Positions 23,546 to 35,300 of a DNA stretch of 64,000 nt are shown piece by piece. Positions within the stretch are counted from its first letter, which is position 1. Every line of letters begins with the position of its first letter. The stretch comes from Azolla caroliniana (taxonomy: Eukaryota; Plantae; Polypodiophyta), in contig JBHGNT010000005.1 of the NCBI GenBank assembly GCA_043228905.1, positions 12,524,001-12,588,000 on the forward strand, given 5' to 3'. The position numbers and the translations under genes are program-made. Below the pieces are notes generated by a model, which made no database searches, was not told where the DNA came from, and saw only the letters and a list, made by a program, of their open reading frames with translations.

Positions 23546-25975
23546 AGAGGTCTTGGACTAGGAGAAAGAAGTTCGTGAGATTGAGATTAATTATGAGTAA
23601 ATAGCAAAGAGAAAGATAAGAAACTCGTGAATCACACGAGTATACTATATTAATTGGTACTTAGGGTGTTAAGAGAGAAGTAGATGTATAAATCGTGAAT
23701 CCCACGAATAATTTTTGTATTGATTAATACTTAATCCAAATAATCAACAACCCTTTATATATTTCTCTCCTCCTTATATAAGGAAGGAAGAGCCAAGCAT
23801 GGCTTCATGCTTTTTTTTTACAAAAAGTGTTCATGTCCACTAAATGTGCATGTGATGCTTTTTTTTATTTCCTAAGTATAGGGCTCATGCACGCTAGATG
23901 TGCATGAGTTATTTTTAGTGTCTCGTGTTTTTTTTTTTTTTCTTTTTCATATATTAGAAAAATACACGATTTACCTTTTAATAAAGGTATGCATAAATAA
24001 AGGTCTTATACGTATTAAATCTATATTTAAAACACTTAAGATAAGTTAATGTAATGGTAAGGTTGGGGTTTGTCAACGTGGAGGTGCAGAGTTCGAATCA
24101 TGCCCTGCGCAGTATTGAGTATTTCCTTTTTTTTTTTTTACATTTATGTCTCTTTATCCGGCTCTTCCTTGCCGGTATGCCGTTTTCTTCCTTGCCGGTA
24201 TGCCGTTTTCCTCCTTGCCGGTATGCCGTTTTCTTCCGGTTCTCACCGAGCACTCCATTCTCTATCCGGAGGGACAAAAATATAATTTCCACATAGTGTG
24301 CAACCTACACTACGACAGCGTATCATCCGGAACCGGCCAACGAAGCAATTGTGGCTGTCACAGGAGAAGTACATGACAAAGGTGCTTCAGAGGTTCAACA
24401 TGTTAGATGCGAAATCGGCCGGATCGACACTTCCGGCAAACTGCATGTTATCCGGTAAGCAAATCCCGAAGACGAAAGCAGAGAAGGCTGATATGATGAA
24501 GGTACCATATGCCTCTGCCGTCGGGAGCTTAATGTACGCAATTGTGTGTACTCAACTGGATATAGGATACGTAGTCGGAGTGGTGAGCCAGTTTATGAGC
24601 AATCCCGGCAAGGAGCACTGGAACGCAGTCAAATGGATACTCTGGTACTTGAAGGGCACTTCGAATATGTGTCTCCGATTCGGCTCCGGAAAACCTCAAC
24701 TTGACGGTTTTACCGATTCGGACATGTCGGCTGATGTGGATACCAACCGGTCCACATCCGGGTATGTAATGACATATGCAGGGGGAGCTGTTTCGTGGCA
24801 GTTGAGGCTGCAGAAGACGGTTGCATTGTCAACCACGGAGGCGGAGTACATGGCGGCTGTGGAAGCAGGCAAGGAAATATTATGGATGAAGGACTTCATC
24901 GGAGAGCTCGGTATTAGGCAAGATGAATACCGGCTCTACTGCGACAGTCAAAGTGCCATCCACCTTGCTATGAATGCGGCCTACCATTCCCGGACGAAGC
25001 ATATCCAGCGTAAGTATCACTGGATCCGGGAAAGAGTAGATGACCAGGAGTTTGCGATGACGAAGATCCACACGGCCGAGAACGGGTCAGATATGTTGAC
25101 CAAAGTACTGATACTCGACAAGCTGGATGCATGGCGGAAGCGGATTGGACTTGTAAGACATCCCATGCCGGAGTGAAGGGGGAGTTTGTTAGGAAACAGA
25201 CCCCTCCGAATGGGAAGTGAGAAGGACAGTCATGATGAGCAAACTCGGCCGAGGCCGAAACCGGATGAGGATACCCATCTATGGAAGACCCGGTGAGAAC
25301 CGGATGACGAGTACCCAGTTACGGAGAGCCGGATGGTGCAGACCCGGTGAGAACCGGATGACGAGTACCTGGCTACGGAGAGCCGAATGGTGCAGACCCG
25401 GTGAGAACCGGATGAGGAGTACCTGGAAACGGAAGTGTGAACTGGATGACGAGTACCCGGCAAGCACCGGATGATGCAGGCCCGGTGAGGAGTGCTCACC
25501 GGATGAAGAGACATATTCGTAAATATGTTTCTGAGTGTCCATCGTGGCTATATTTGTAAATAGCCGAAAATTCATATTAGTATAAATATGACTTAGGGCA
25601 AACCTTTGTCATATTGTGTGTGAGAGTTGCTGTTATTCTTGTTGGCGCAAGATTAGAGCGCAACAGTGTACAGAGAGAGAGAGAGAGAGAGAGAGAGGAA
25701 GAGGTGATTGCCTCTGTTGTAACCGCCGCCTGTGGCGAAGATCGTGAACACGAGGTCGTTGCCTCCGTGAGCTCACTGTTGTAATTATTGTTACATAGTG
25801 ATAGTTAGCAGTTAGTGGACTGCCGTGGTTTTTCCCCGTGTTTGGGGTTTTCCACGTAAACATCCTGTGTACTCTTCTCTCCATTGTGTCGTGCTTTCAT
25901 TTCCCGTTTTCTATGTATGATTCTAAGCTCGGTTGTGGCTGAGCATTGCGCATAGGGATCGAGCAGTTCCTGTCA

Positions 25976-28900
25976 CTAACTTCCGTAGCAGTTTCTTGCA
26001 ATCACGAATACGGTCGACTACGAACTTTCGACACCCCCGATCATCTATATTCTCATCCTTTTCTTCCACCGTACATCCTTTCATCAGAATGTCATCTAGG
26101 AATGGCATTGTTGTCTCCGGAATGCAGTCCTGAAGCACCTTGTTCATTACATTCATCATATGTGCAACCGAGTTCGTTGCCCCTTGTGGTAGCGTACACA
26201 TTCGAACTAACCCTATCGTTGTTCGCATTGTAGTGATATCCTGGCTATCCACGACTAGTTGGAATTGGTCATACTCGGAGTATAGGTCTCCGATGGAGTA
26301 TATCGCTTGCTCGGAAAAGGCTTCCGCAAATTCATCCACTGTCGGACCAACTCCGGAGTTCCGGATCATGACCTTGTTCACCGGTTGCAAATCTTGAATA
26401 AACCGGAGTGACCCATTCTTCATTGGAACTGTAAACCATTAAGTTTGAATATGGAGCATTTGATGGCTCTAGGATCCCCATCACCACCTTCTCCTTGAGC
26501 AAGTCAATGATTTTTGGAATATGCGCCCATGGCACTGGAATCGGCTTCAAGTTCCATGGCACATGGTCAATCGTGAAGATCATCATCGGCTCCACTATCT
26601 TCGGATCAACACACCCTATCTCTTTTGATGTGAATGCAAATGCTTCTCCATGTTGCTCCAACATCTCACATCTTTCTTCTTCATTCGGTAAGAGGAACCC
26701 ATCTCCACCAATTCGGAATTTCTTCCGGGTCTCATTCGTGAAGGTATGTCCGATATCCACGGACTCTCGAAATGTCAATGTCCTGAGACTTCTTTCCTCT
26801 TTTGTTCACTATTGGCGGGTAATGGTCCCGGAAATGGTTTCACCTTCTTTTCCACGGTCTTGTATTTCATACATACCATTGCTTCTTCTTTGCGGAGCAC
26901 ATCCGGCCCCATTTCCGCAATGATCTTGTTGTACATCTCGACTGATTCCACCGGAACTACTTGGTCTCCCTGGCTATTCTCTTTTGCAAGCTCTTCAAGC
27001 CGTTGAAGCGTTCTTCCAAGGAACACTTCTTCGACTACTCCCATGATTTCTTCGTCTTCTTTTATGATTGATGCAAACCGTAGCTCATCCAACATCTTCC
27101 AAAGGTCTTTCTTCATTTCTCCGGTCACGGCCATGTACGTAGAAGCCCCATCCCAACTTATTTGCACTTGTTTCGCTCCGAGAGTTTTCTTCCTGTGTGG
27201 GGTATCAAGGCTTCTCGGACTATCACTTCCCCACTCCGCAACAATCCACTTTAAAAATCCATTTTTGTTTGGGACAAGAGCTCTCTCTTGTTCCTTTCGT
27301 GATTCGATGGCACAGTTAGGAATTTGATGGTTTTCCCTTCACTTTGGCTCCGAATATGTGCAAAAGTCACTCCTCTATCGAGCACTTTTGTTTCCATCCA
27401 TGAACCAGTGATAAAGGATTGCCCGAGGATCGCAGAATGTGAGACCTCATCTTGCACGAAGAAATTTTGGTCAATCTCTACATCTCTTATCTTCACCGTC
27501 ACATTCGGACAAGTTGCAAATAGGTCTTCCATTGCTTTAGTGGCTACTTGGATCTTCCATCCATGATTGGTGTTAATACGCCACTTCCCCTTCTGGTAGA
27601 ACTCCTTGGACATTAGGTTGATATCTGATCCATGATCAATCAATGCAACTAAGGGCTCTTTGATGTTTCCAATTCGGACTGGAGTCTCCGTAATTGCCCA
27701 GGCCCAATGTGGCTTTGTGTAGTGGGAGTTCAGAATCTCATCCTCTACTTCCGTATCGTTCATTAGAACGGTATTTGCTTTCACCCTTAGAGCATTTGAT
27801 TCTTTCGTACCTTGCCTCGTTCTTTTTACAAGATCGACAAGGAAATCATGGAATTCTTTCTTTGCTATTCCGAGTAATTCCCGAAGAGAAAACTCCACCT
27901 AACTATCAAGGATTCTCTCTTCGAACACCTTCTTTTGGTCCATCTATTGTTTGATGTCCCAGGCAAGTTTGAATGCCGGAATTGGTTTCCCTTTTCCTTT
28001 CCCTTTGGAATCCCAGCTCTTCGATGTCTTCGATGGTCCAGCTGCATTATCCGTGCGCCGTCGTTTCTCATCTACATACACCTCATGTAATTGGCATAGG
28101 GCGTATACACTATTCTTATCTACGGGGCACTCCCATCCGGTAGCTTCTCAGATGCCTTCCGCGGTGCTCCGGATTTCATCAGAATCAGTTTTCTCGGAGA
28201 TTTCTAGCACTTCTGGCTAGAAAGATGACTTCTCTCTAGATGTCTCTCCCACACGTATTCCCGCGGTTGTCACATAATTGCTTTTTGCCACAATCTCCTC
28301 CTCTAGGACCTTCTTCATGCCGCCTTTTTTGAAGTTCGGTCGAAGTGGCTTCTGAGAGTCCATCAAATGGATCTGATTTCCCTCGTAGTAGATGAGATCC
28401 TATTGTAGAGTCTCCTTGTGCTCATCGCAATCCTTACAATCATGTTCGGTGCTATCGCACCATATGCATCGACGGTCCATATCCTTGGAACTTGTGGGAT
28501 GGTCTTCCGACTTCTTCACCATCGCGATTTTCAGATTCTCGATCTCCTTCATCAACTGCTCCACCGTGGTTGCATCGATTCCCTTCTCGGTTGTAGTCTC
28601 CCGAGCCCATGGTTGATGGTCTTTCAATACGGATCTTGGTCTCGGAATTGGTTCCGAAACCCTCTTTTCTTCATTACCAAGCCATTGCCCCCTCTTTGTG
28701 TATTGCGCAACGATGTCCCACACGTTTTCCCATGTATTGGTGATGCCACTCTCAGTAGTCGTATCCTCTAGAAGCACTCCAAGATCTTTCCGGTCCCGGA
28801 CGTCCATGGCTCGTAAGAACATGATCGCTTTGTTTGGTGCGAGGATAGCTTGATCTCTTGCAGAAAACCTCCCGAATCGACTTTCGAATGCCGAAAACAC

Positions 28901-29506
28901 ATCGAGGACCTTCAGCCCCTTGTCTGATGTTTCCACCCAATCTTCGAATCATCCTCTCCCTGTTGCCTTGGAGGAGTCCTTGATAGCGAACGTGGTCTTC
29001 AATGCTTCTTCAAACGCCGCCCACGTCGGACTTTGTTGTCGTATCCTATGGATACTCCCTTGAAGCCCATCCATTGCCACCCGATTGCAAGATGTCACTT
29101 GCAATCCTTCCGATATTCCGCATCGTAGCATCGCCGCCTTGTAATCCCGCAAATAACGTGACACATCCTTCCCGTTGAATTGGCCATTCCATTGCACGAG
29201 CCGCTCTATTGCCGCTGCAATCTTTGACATCACGCGTTGTTCTTGTAGCATCCGCTCAAACATCTTCATCATGTTAGGCTCTTGTTTATTCTCCATCTCC
29301 TTAGCACCCGTTTTCACGTCGGGTTCACCAATTGTGTCACGCCTTTCGGCGTCAAATCATTGCGTGAGTCAGGTGGAAACCACCGAGGTTATGGACTAAG
29401 AGGAGGAAGAATTTGAGGCAAATAGGAATGTGAATAGGTTGTAAGAAAGAGATATAGAACCTCGTGAATGCCATGAGTGTATTGTATTAGATTTATTAAT
29501 ATATTT
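25976..29506 (-). mobile_element. Degenerate Gypsy copy B: gag-PR, RT N-terminal half, PBS and start of the 5' LTR (29335-29506)
   Basis: Collinear homology with element A, with stops and frameshifts. Confidence 0.92.
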
Positions 29507-30169
29507 TTTTTCCATAAAAATTATGCTCCATTGGTATTAAAATTAAAAAGGCCAGAGGCACTATATAAATAGAATATAATATTTTCCATCTCTACAAGTA
29601 TATATCATCAAAGAAAGGACCAAAAATAAGTGATGGCATTTGGCAAGATAAGGATAATTATAATCTATGAAAACAAATCTCTTGCCAATAACACCTTTGC
29701 TATACCACATATAAAGGGGATATACTCGGGGACCCTACCATCAATCTCCCCATAACCATGCTCAACATATAAACAAATTCCCACAGTCCAAGAGAATACA
29801 TTTCTTGTTGGTAGTCATGCTCAATATACCCTGGTTGTTCACCCTGTTTGTTGATAGTCCTGCTCAACATATATATCCTGTTTGTCCACAAGATATTGCT
29901 TTTGGCAAATTTTTGTACATCAAGGCCTTCTTCATCTGTTGCAGTTGAAGACACCAAAACAATCCATGATGCACATGCTGCTTGAGGTAAAACATGATTG
30001 GCCACCTTGGAGAGTCCCCATCTATCCTCTCCTATGTCGAAACGATCGTGTCCTTCATCTCCACGATCATTGAAAATATACTTGTATTGAATCTCCATAC
30101 AACACTCTGGTTTATCACAACCTTCACGTTCTCACAACAGCCATGCGCCAGTTACACCAGAATCATCTA

Positions 30170-30965
30170 CCCACTCATGATAGTCGGCTTCGACCCCGCC
30201 CCCATCTTCAATCAGCCTTATCACAGAAGAAATTCTTCATTCAGTCCACATCAGTCATCTCGTTGATTAACATCTTGCCAATGCCAATGTCCATGAAAAT
30301 TCTGTGTTAATAACAAAAAATTAGTCCAAAAGTTTCCTCACCCACTCCTGATAGTCAGCTTCGACCCCCCCCACTATCTTCACTCATCCTTATCACAGAA
30401 AAATTTCTTCATTAGGTCCACATCAGCCATCTCACCAATTAACATCTTGCCAATGTCCACGCAAATCCTATATTAACAACAAAAAATTAGTGTAAAAGTT
30501 TCCTCACGCACTCATGATAGTCGACTTTGACCTCCCCACCATCTTCACTCATCCTTATCACATAAAAAAATTTCTTCATTCAGTCCACATCAGCCATCTC
30601 GCCAATTAGCATCTTGCCAATGTCCATGAAAATCCTGTATTAACAAAAAAAAATTAGTCTAAAAGTTTCCTCACCCACTCATGATAGTCGGCTACGACCC
30701 CCCCACCATCTTCCCTCATCCTTATCACAAAAAACAATTCTTCATTCAGCCCACATAAGTCATCTTGCCGATTAGCATCTTGCCAATGTCCACGGAAAAC
30801 CTGTATTAAAAACAAAAATTAGTCTAAAAGTTTCCTCACCCACTCATGATAGTCGGCTTCGACCCCCTCACCATCTTCACTCATCCTTATCACAGAAAAA
30901 TTTCTTCATTCAGTCCACATTAGCCATCTTGCCGATTAGCATCTTGCCAATGTCCACGAAAATCC
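30170..30965. repeat. ~167-bp tandem repeat, about 4.7 copies, in the LINE 3' region
   Basis: CACTCATGATAGTC-like anchors at ~30172, 30343, 30509, 30676 and 30841. Confidence 0.9.
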
Positions 30966-31399
30966 CCATTAATCAGCTCACTGTTATCGAGTATCCCCAA
31001 TAGTTTAAACCTACAGAAGCAAACATGAATGCATACTCTCCTCTCCTTATGAAAATCATTATCAGTCATCCCTATCTAAGGTAAAACATTTTCTTTACTA
31101 TCCGCACCAATCATATTGGAGATTACCGCCATAAGCTTCTTTTATGAAAAGACTCTTGCTATGTGCCAGGATCACCTCTTCCATGTTGATTCATGTTGTG
31201 TGCTCTAAGGACGGTGCTGGTGGCGGGAACAACCAATGAGGTGGTACGTAATTCCACTTGAGATTAGCCTTTGCATCCAACATGATAGGAATAGATGACC
31301 AAACTCTTCTAATTCTCCTTCTTTTTCGACTAGTTGTGTTTCCTGATCCCTTACAACTGTCATAATCACCTTTAACCGTATGTACTAATAGGTCCCAAA

Positions 31400-32316
31400 A
31401 AGACTTAACTTGTTCTACAGCATGAGTATTTTCATCCTTGTTTGCCAAACATAACTCTGCGAGAAGAACTTGATTCCTTGCAAGGAACTTGAACTAGCAT
31501 ATACTTGAAAACTTCTCACATGTAAAGACAAAGAAGAATGCTGATAATGATAAAAGACTGTTTATTGATCCCACATTCCCCAAATGATTGCACCCCACGT
31601 GAAGAAAGCCGAGTTATATTTACGACCTAAAAGCCTAAGAATTCGAAACCAAAACCTTTTAGCGAACACACATTCCCAAAATACATGATGCAATGACTCA
31701 GATGCAAACCCACACATAACACATGACCGATCACGCACTGAACCCCTCAATATTTCACCTATTAGCAATGCATAATGAATCATCAACCAACGAAAATGCA
31801 ATATCTTATTCATACATTTAGTTACCCAAAACCGTTTCCAAAACATCCACATATGAGACGACGAGACATTACCTTCCTCCCAATACTTGTTTCCCGCTGG
31901 GATCGACTCGATCTGATTCAACATAAAGTTTCTACCCAACGCCACCGAATATGAGAAGAAAGGAAGGATCTTATTCTCTGTGTTAGACATGGACAATTTC
32001 CAACCATAATCTGATGGGTCCCACTACAGATCGACAAGTGGCCTAGAGTGTAAAACCCAAATATGAGATGCATAGTTAGCAATTAATGGACTAGGATCAT
32101 TCCAAATTTTTTTATCTAATCTAGCAATTACTCTCACTGGCAACTGCTTTGCATCGGACATAATTGGAGACTCATCCGCCACTAATATCAATCTACCATT
32201 GTCCAAAACTTCATAACAAAAAAAATTGCCATTATGATGATATAAATGAGCTCCTATAAGTATATTAAAAGTCGAAAACATACCGTACCAACTTTGAAAA
32301 TGATCAAACTGCAAAG
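31400..32316 (-). pseudogene. LINE ORF2 C-terminus (zf-RVT), disrupted
   Basis: FWKRFW..KILHFRWL..CVMCGFASESLHHVFWEC. Confidence 0.85.
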
Positions 32317-35300
32317 TGTTGAGAATCTACGCTCCGATTCGCCTTCACCGTTCGGCCACAACCGAGAAATCACGAATCAATGCAGCAGAAAATAGGAAAC
32401 ACAGAGAAAGACACGATAACACAGGGATTAACGTGGAAAACCCTATACGGGAAAAACCACGGGAGTCCTCAAACTCCAACTATCACTATGAACAGAGATG
32501 TACAATGGTGAAGCTTCAAGGCAACAACCTTGAGCTCACTGTCTTCGCCACAGGCGGCGGTAATACACAGAGGCAACGACCTCTTCGTCTGTCTCTCTCT
32601 CTCTCTCGGCTGCTCTCTTCCCTCTCTCTAAGTGGAAAAACAGAAAAATATGAGCAGCAACTTTTCAGCAGCTACAAACAGTTTGCCCTAAGTCATATTT
32701 ATACACATATGACTTTCGGGCTATTTACAAATATAGCCTCAAGGGCCCTTGGCAAACATATTCACAAATATGTCCCCGCATCCGGATCTCTCTCCGGGTA
32801 CATACATCATCCGGCTCCGTAGCCGGGTCTTCGTCATCCGGCTCCGAAGCCGGGTCTTCGTCATCCGGCTCCGTAGCCGGGTCTTCATCATCCGGCTCCG
32901 TAGCCGGGTACTCTTCATCTGGCTTCATGCCGGGTACTCTTCATCCTCCGGTTCCGTAACCGCAACCGGGCTTGCCGTCATTCATCTCCGGACATCCCAT
33001 CCGGAGGGACCGATATCCCAACAAACTCCCCCTTCACTTCGGCATGGGATGTCTCTCCAATCCGATCCTCTTCCGGCATGCTTCCAGCTTGTCGGGTGTG
33101 AGCACTTTGGTCAGCATATCTGAGCCGTTTTCGTCCGTGTGGATCTTCGTCAGCACGAACTCCTGGTCTTCTATCCTTTCCCGGATCCAGTGATATCTTC
33201 GCTGGATGTGCTTCGTCCGGGAGTGATAGGCCGCGTTCTTCGCAAGGTGGATGGCACTCTGACTATCGCAGTAAAGTCGGTACTCATCCTGCCGGATACC
33301 GAGCTCTCTAATGAAGTCCTTCATCCATATTACTTCCTTGCCGGCTTCAACAGCCGCCATGTACTCCGCCTCCGTGGTTGACAACGCAACCGTCTTCTGC
33401 AGCCTCGACTGCCACGAAACAGCTCCCCCTGCATACGTCATCACATACCCTGATGTGGACCGGCTGGTATCTGCATCAGCCGACATATCCGAATCAGTGA
33501 AGCCGTCGAGTTCGGGCTTACCGGAGCCGAATCGGAGGCACACGTTTGCCGTGCCCTTCAGGTATCGGAGTATCCACTTGACCGCGTTCCAGTGCTCTTT
33601 TCCGGGATTGCTCATGTACCGGCTCACCACTCCGACTGCATATCCTATGTCCGGTCTTGTACACACCATTGCGTACATCAAGCTTCCGACGGCAGAGGCA
33701 TATGGTACCTTCATCATGTCCTCCTTCTCAGCCTTTGTCTTGGGACTTTGCTTGCCGGATAACTTGCAGTTTGTCGGGAGGGTTGATCCGACCGGTCTTG
33801 CTTCCGGCATGTTGAACCGTTGAAGCACCTTTGTCACGTACTTCTCCTGTGACAGCCACAACTGCTTCTTCTTCCGGTCCCGGATGATGTGCATCCCTAG
33901 TATTTGTCTCGCCGGACCCAAGTCCTTCATTGAGAAGGTTCGGTGAAGAGCCTTCTTCAGCATCCGTATCTTGACCTGGTCCCGTCCGACGATCAACATG
34001 TCGTCCACGTACAGGAGGAGTATTAGAGAGTCTCCTCCGTCGAACTTCTTCACAAACACGCAGTGGTCGGACTGCGTTTTGTGGTACCCTTCATCGGTCA
34101 TGAAGGAGTCAAACTTTCGGTACCACTGCCGGGGAGCCTGCTTCAAACCATAAAGGCTCTTCTTCAACCGGCATACCAAGTGCTCCTTCTCTTTCTTCTC
34201 GAATCCTTCCGGTTGCTGCATGTATATCTCTTCTTCGAGGTCACCGTGAAGGAATGCCGTCTTCACGTCCATCTGTTCTACCTCGAGGTCCATGCTTGCC
34301 GCTATGCTCAGCACCGTCCGGATGGAGGTCATCTTCACTACCGGGGCAAATATCTCGTCGAAGTCGACGCCCTTCTTCTGCTGAAACCCCTTCACCACGA
34401 TCCTGGCTTTGTATCTCGGGGGGGTTTCGGCATCTCCCGGTTTCAGCTTGAACACCCACTTGTTACGGAGTGCCCGTTTTCCTTTCGGCAGCTCCACAAG
34501 TTCATATGTGTGGTTCTCATGCAGGGAATCCATCTCCTCCTGCATGGCACTTAACCACCTGCGGCTATGGGTGTCATGCTTCGCTTCTTCAAAGCTCTCC
34601 GGCTCCCCCTCGTCGGTTAGCAGCACGTGCTCTGGTTCCGGAAATCTCCGGGGGGGCCTTCTCTCTCTTAGAGGATATCTCCGTTCCGGAGCTTCGGTAA
34701 CCGGTTCTTCCGATTCTTCTTCGTCCGAATCCATTTCGGGATCGGGGCCGGTTCCGGTATCGTTTTCATCTTCTTCGGCCGGTTCTGTCTCTTCACCGTC
34801 TTCGGCCGGATCCTCGAGTGCTAACCGGTCTCTTGCCGGTCGGGACTGCTCCTTGTAGAGTTGATCCTCACCGGTCGACTTGGAGCTCTTCATCTTCTTC
34901 TCCGACTCCCAGTCGGCAAGTGTCTTGTCCTCCATGAAGATGATATCTCGACTCCTAAATATCTTCTTGTCGACCGGGTCCCATACTCGGTAGCCGAACT
35001 CGTCGTTGCCGTAACCGAGGAATATGCATGGCCGGGTCTTTGGATCTAGCTTTCCTCTCCGGTCCTTTGCCACACGTACATACACTAGACACCCGAACAC
35101 CTTCAGATGCCGGTAGGACACTTCCTTACCGGTCCACACTCTCTGCGGCGTGTCTCCATCCAAAGGTACTGAGGGTGATCTGTTTATCACGTATGTCGCC
35201 GTCGACATTGCCTCAGCCCAAAACCCCTTGGGTAATTTCGCATGCGCCAGCATACTCCGGACCCTCTCCATTATGGTCCGGTTCATCCTCTCGGCCAGCC

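Larger units (their letters stand above)
16953..24317 (-). mobile_element. Intact Ty3/Gypsy element A (non-chromovirus), LTRs 16953-17760 and 23497-24317, 4-bp TSD GCGT
   Basis: TGTCG...CGACA LTRs are highly similar. GCGT lies at 16949-16952 and 24318-24321. PPT GGAGGGGGCGAG is at 17761-17772, and both ORFs are uninterrupted. Confidence 0.97.
14820..25975 (+). mobile_element. Copia X pol and 3' LTR (25187-25975), interrupted by the Gypsy at 16953-24317
   Basis: PR-INT-RT at 14820-16952 continues in frame (LGMR|IIR) at 24318-25176. PPT GAAGGGGGAG precedes 25187. Confidence 0.92.
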
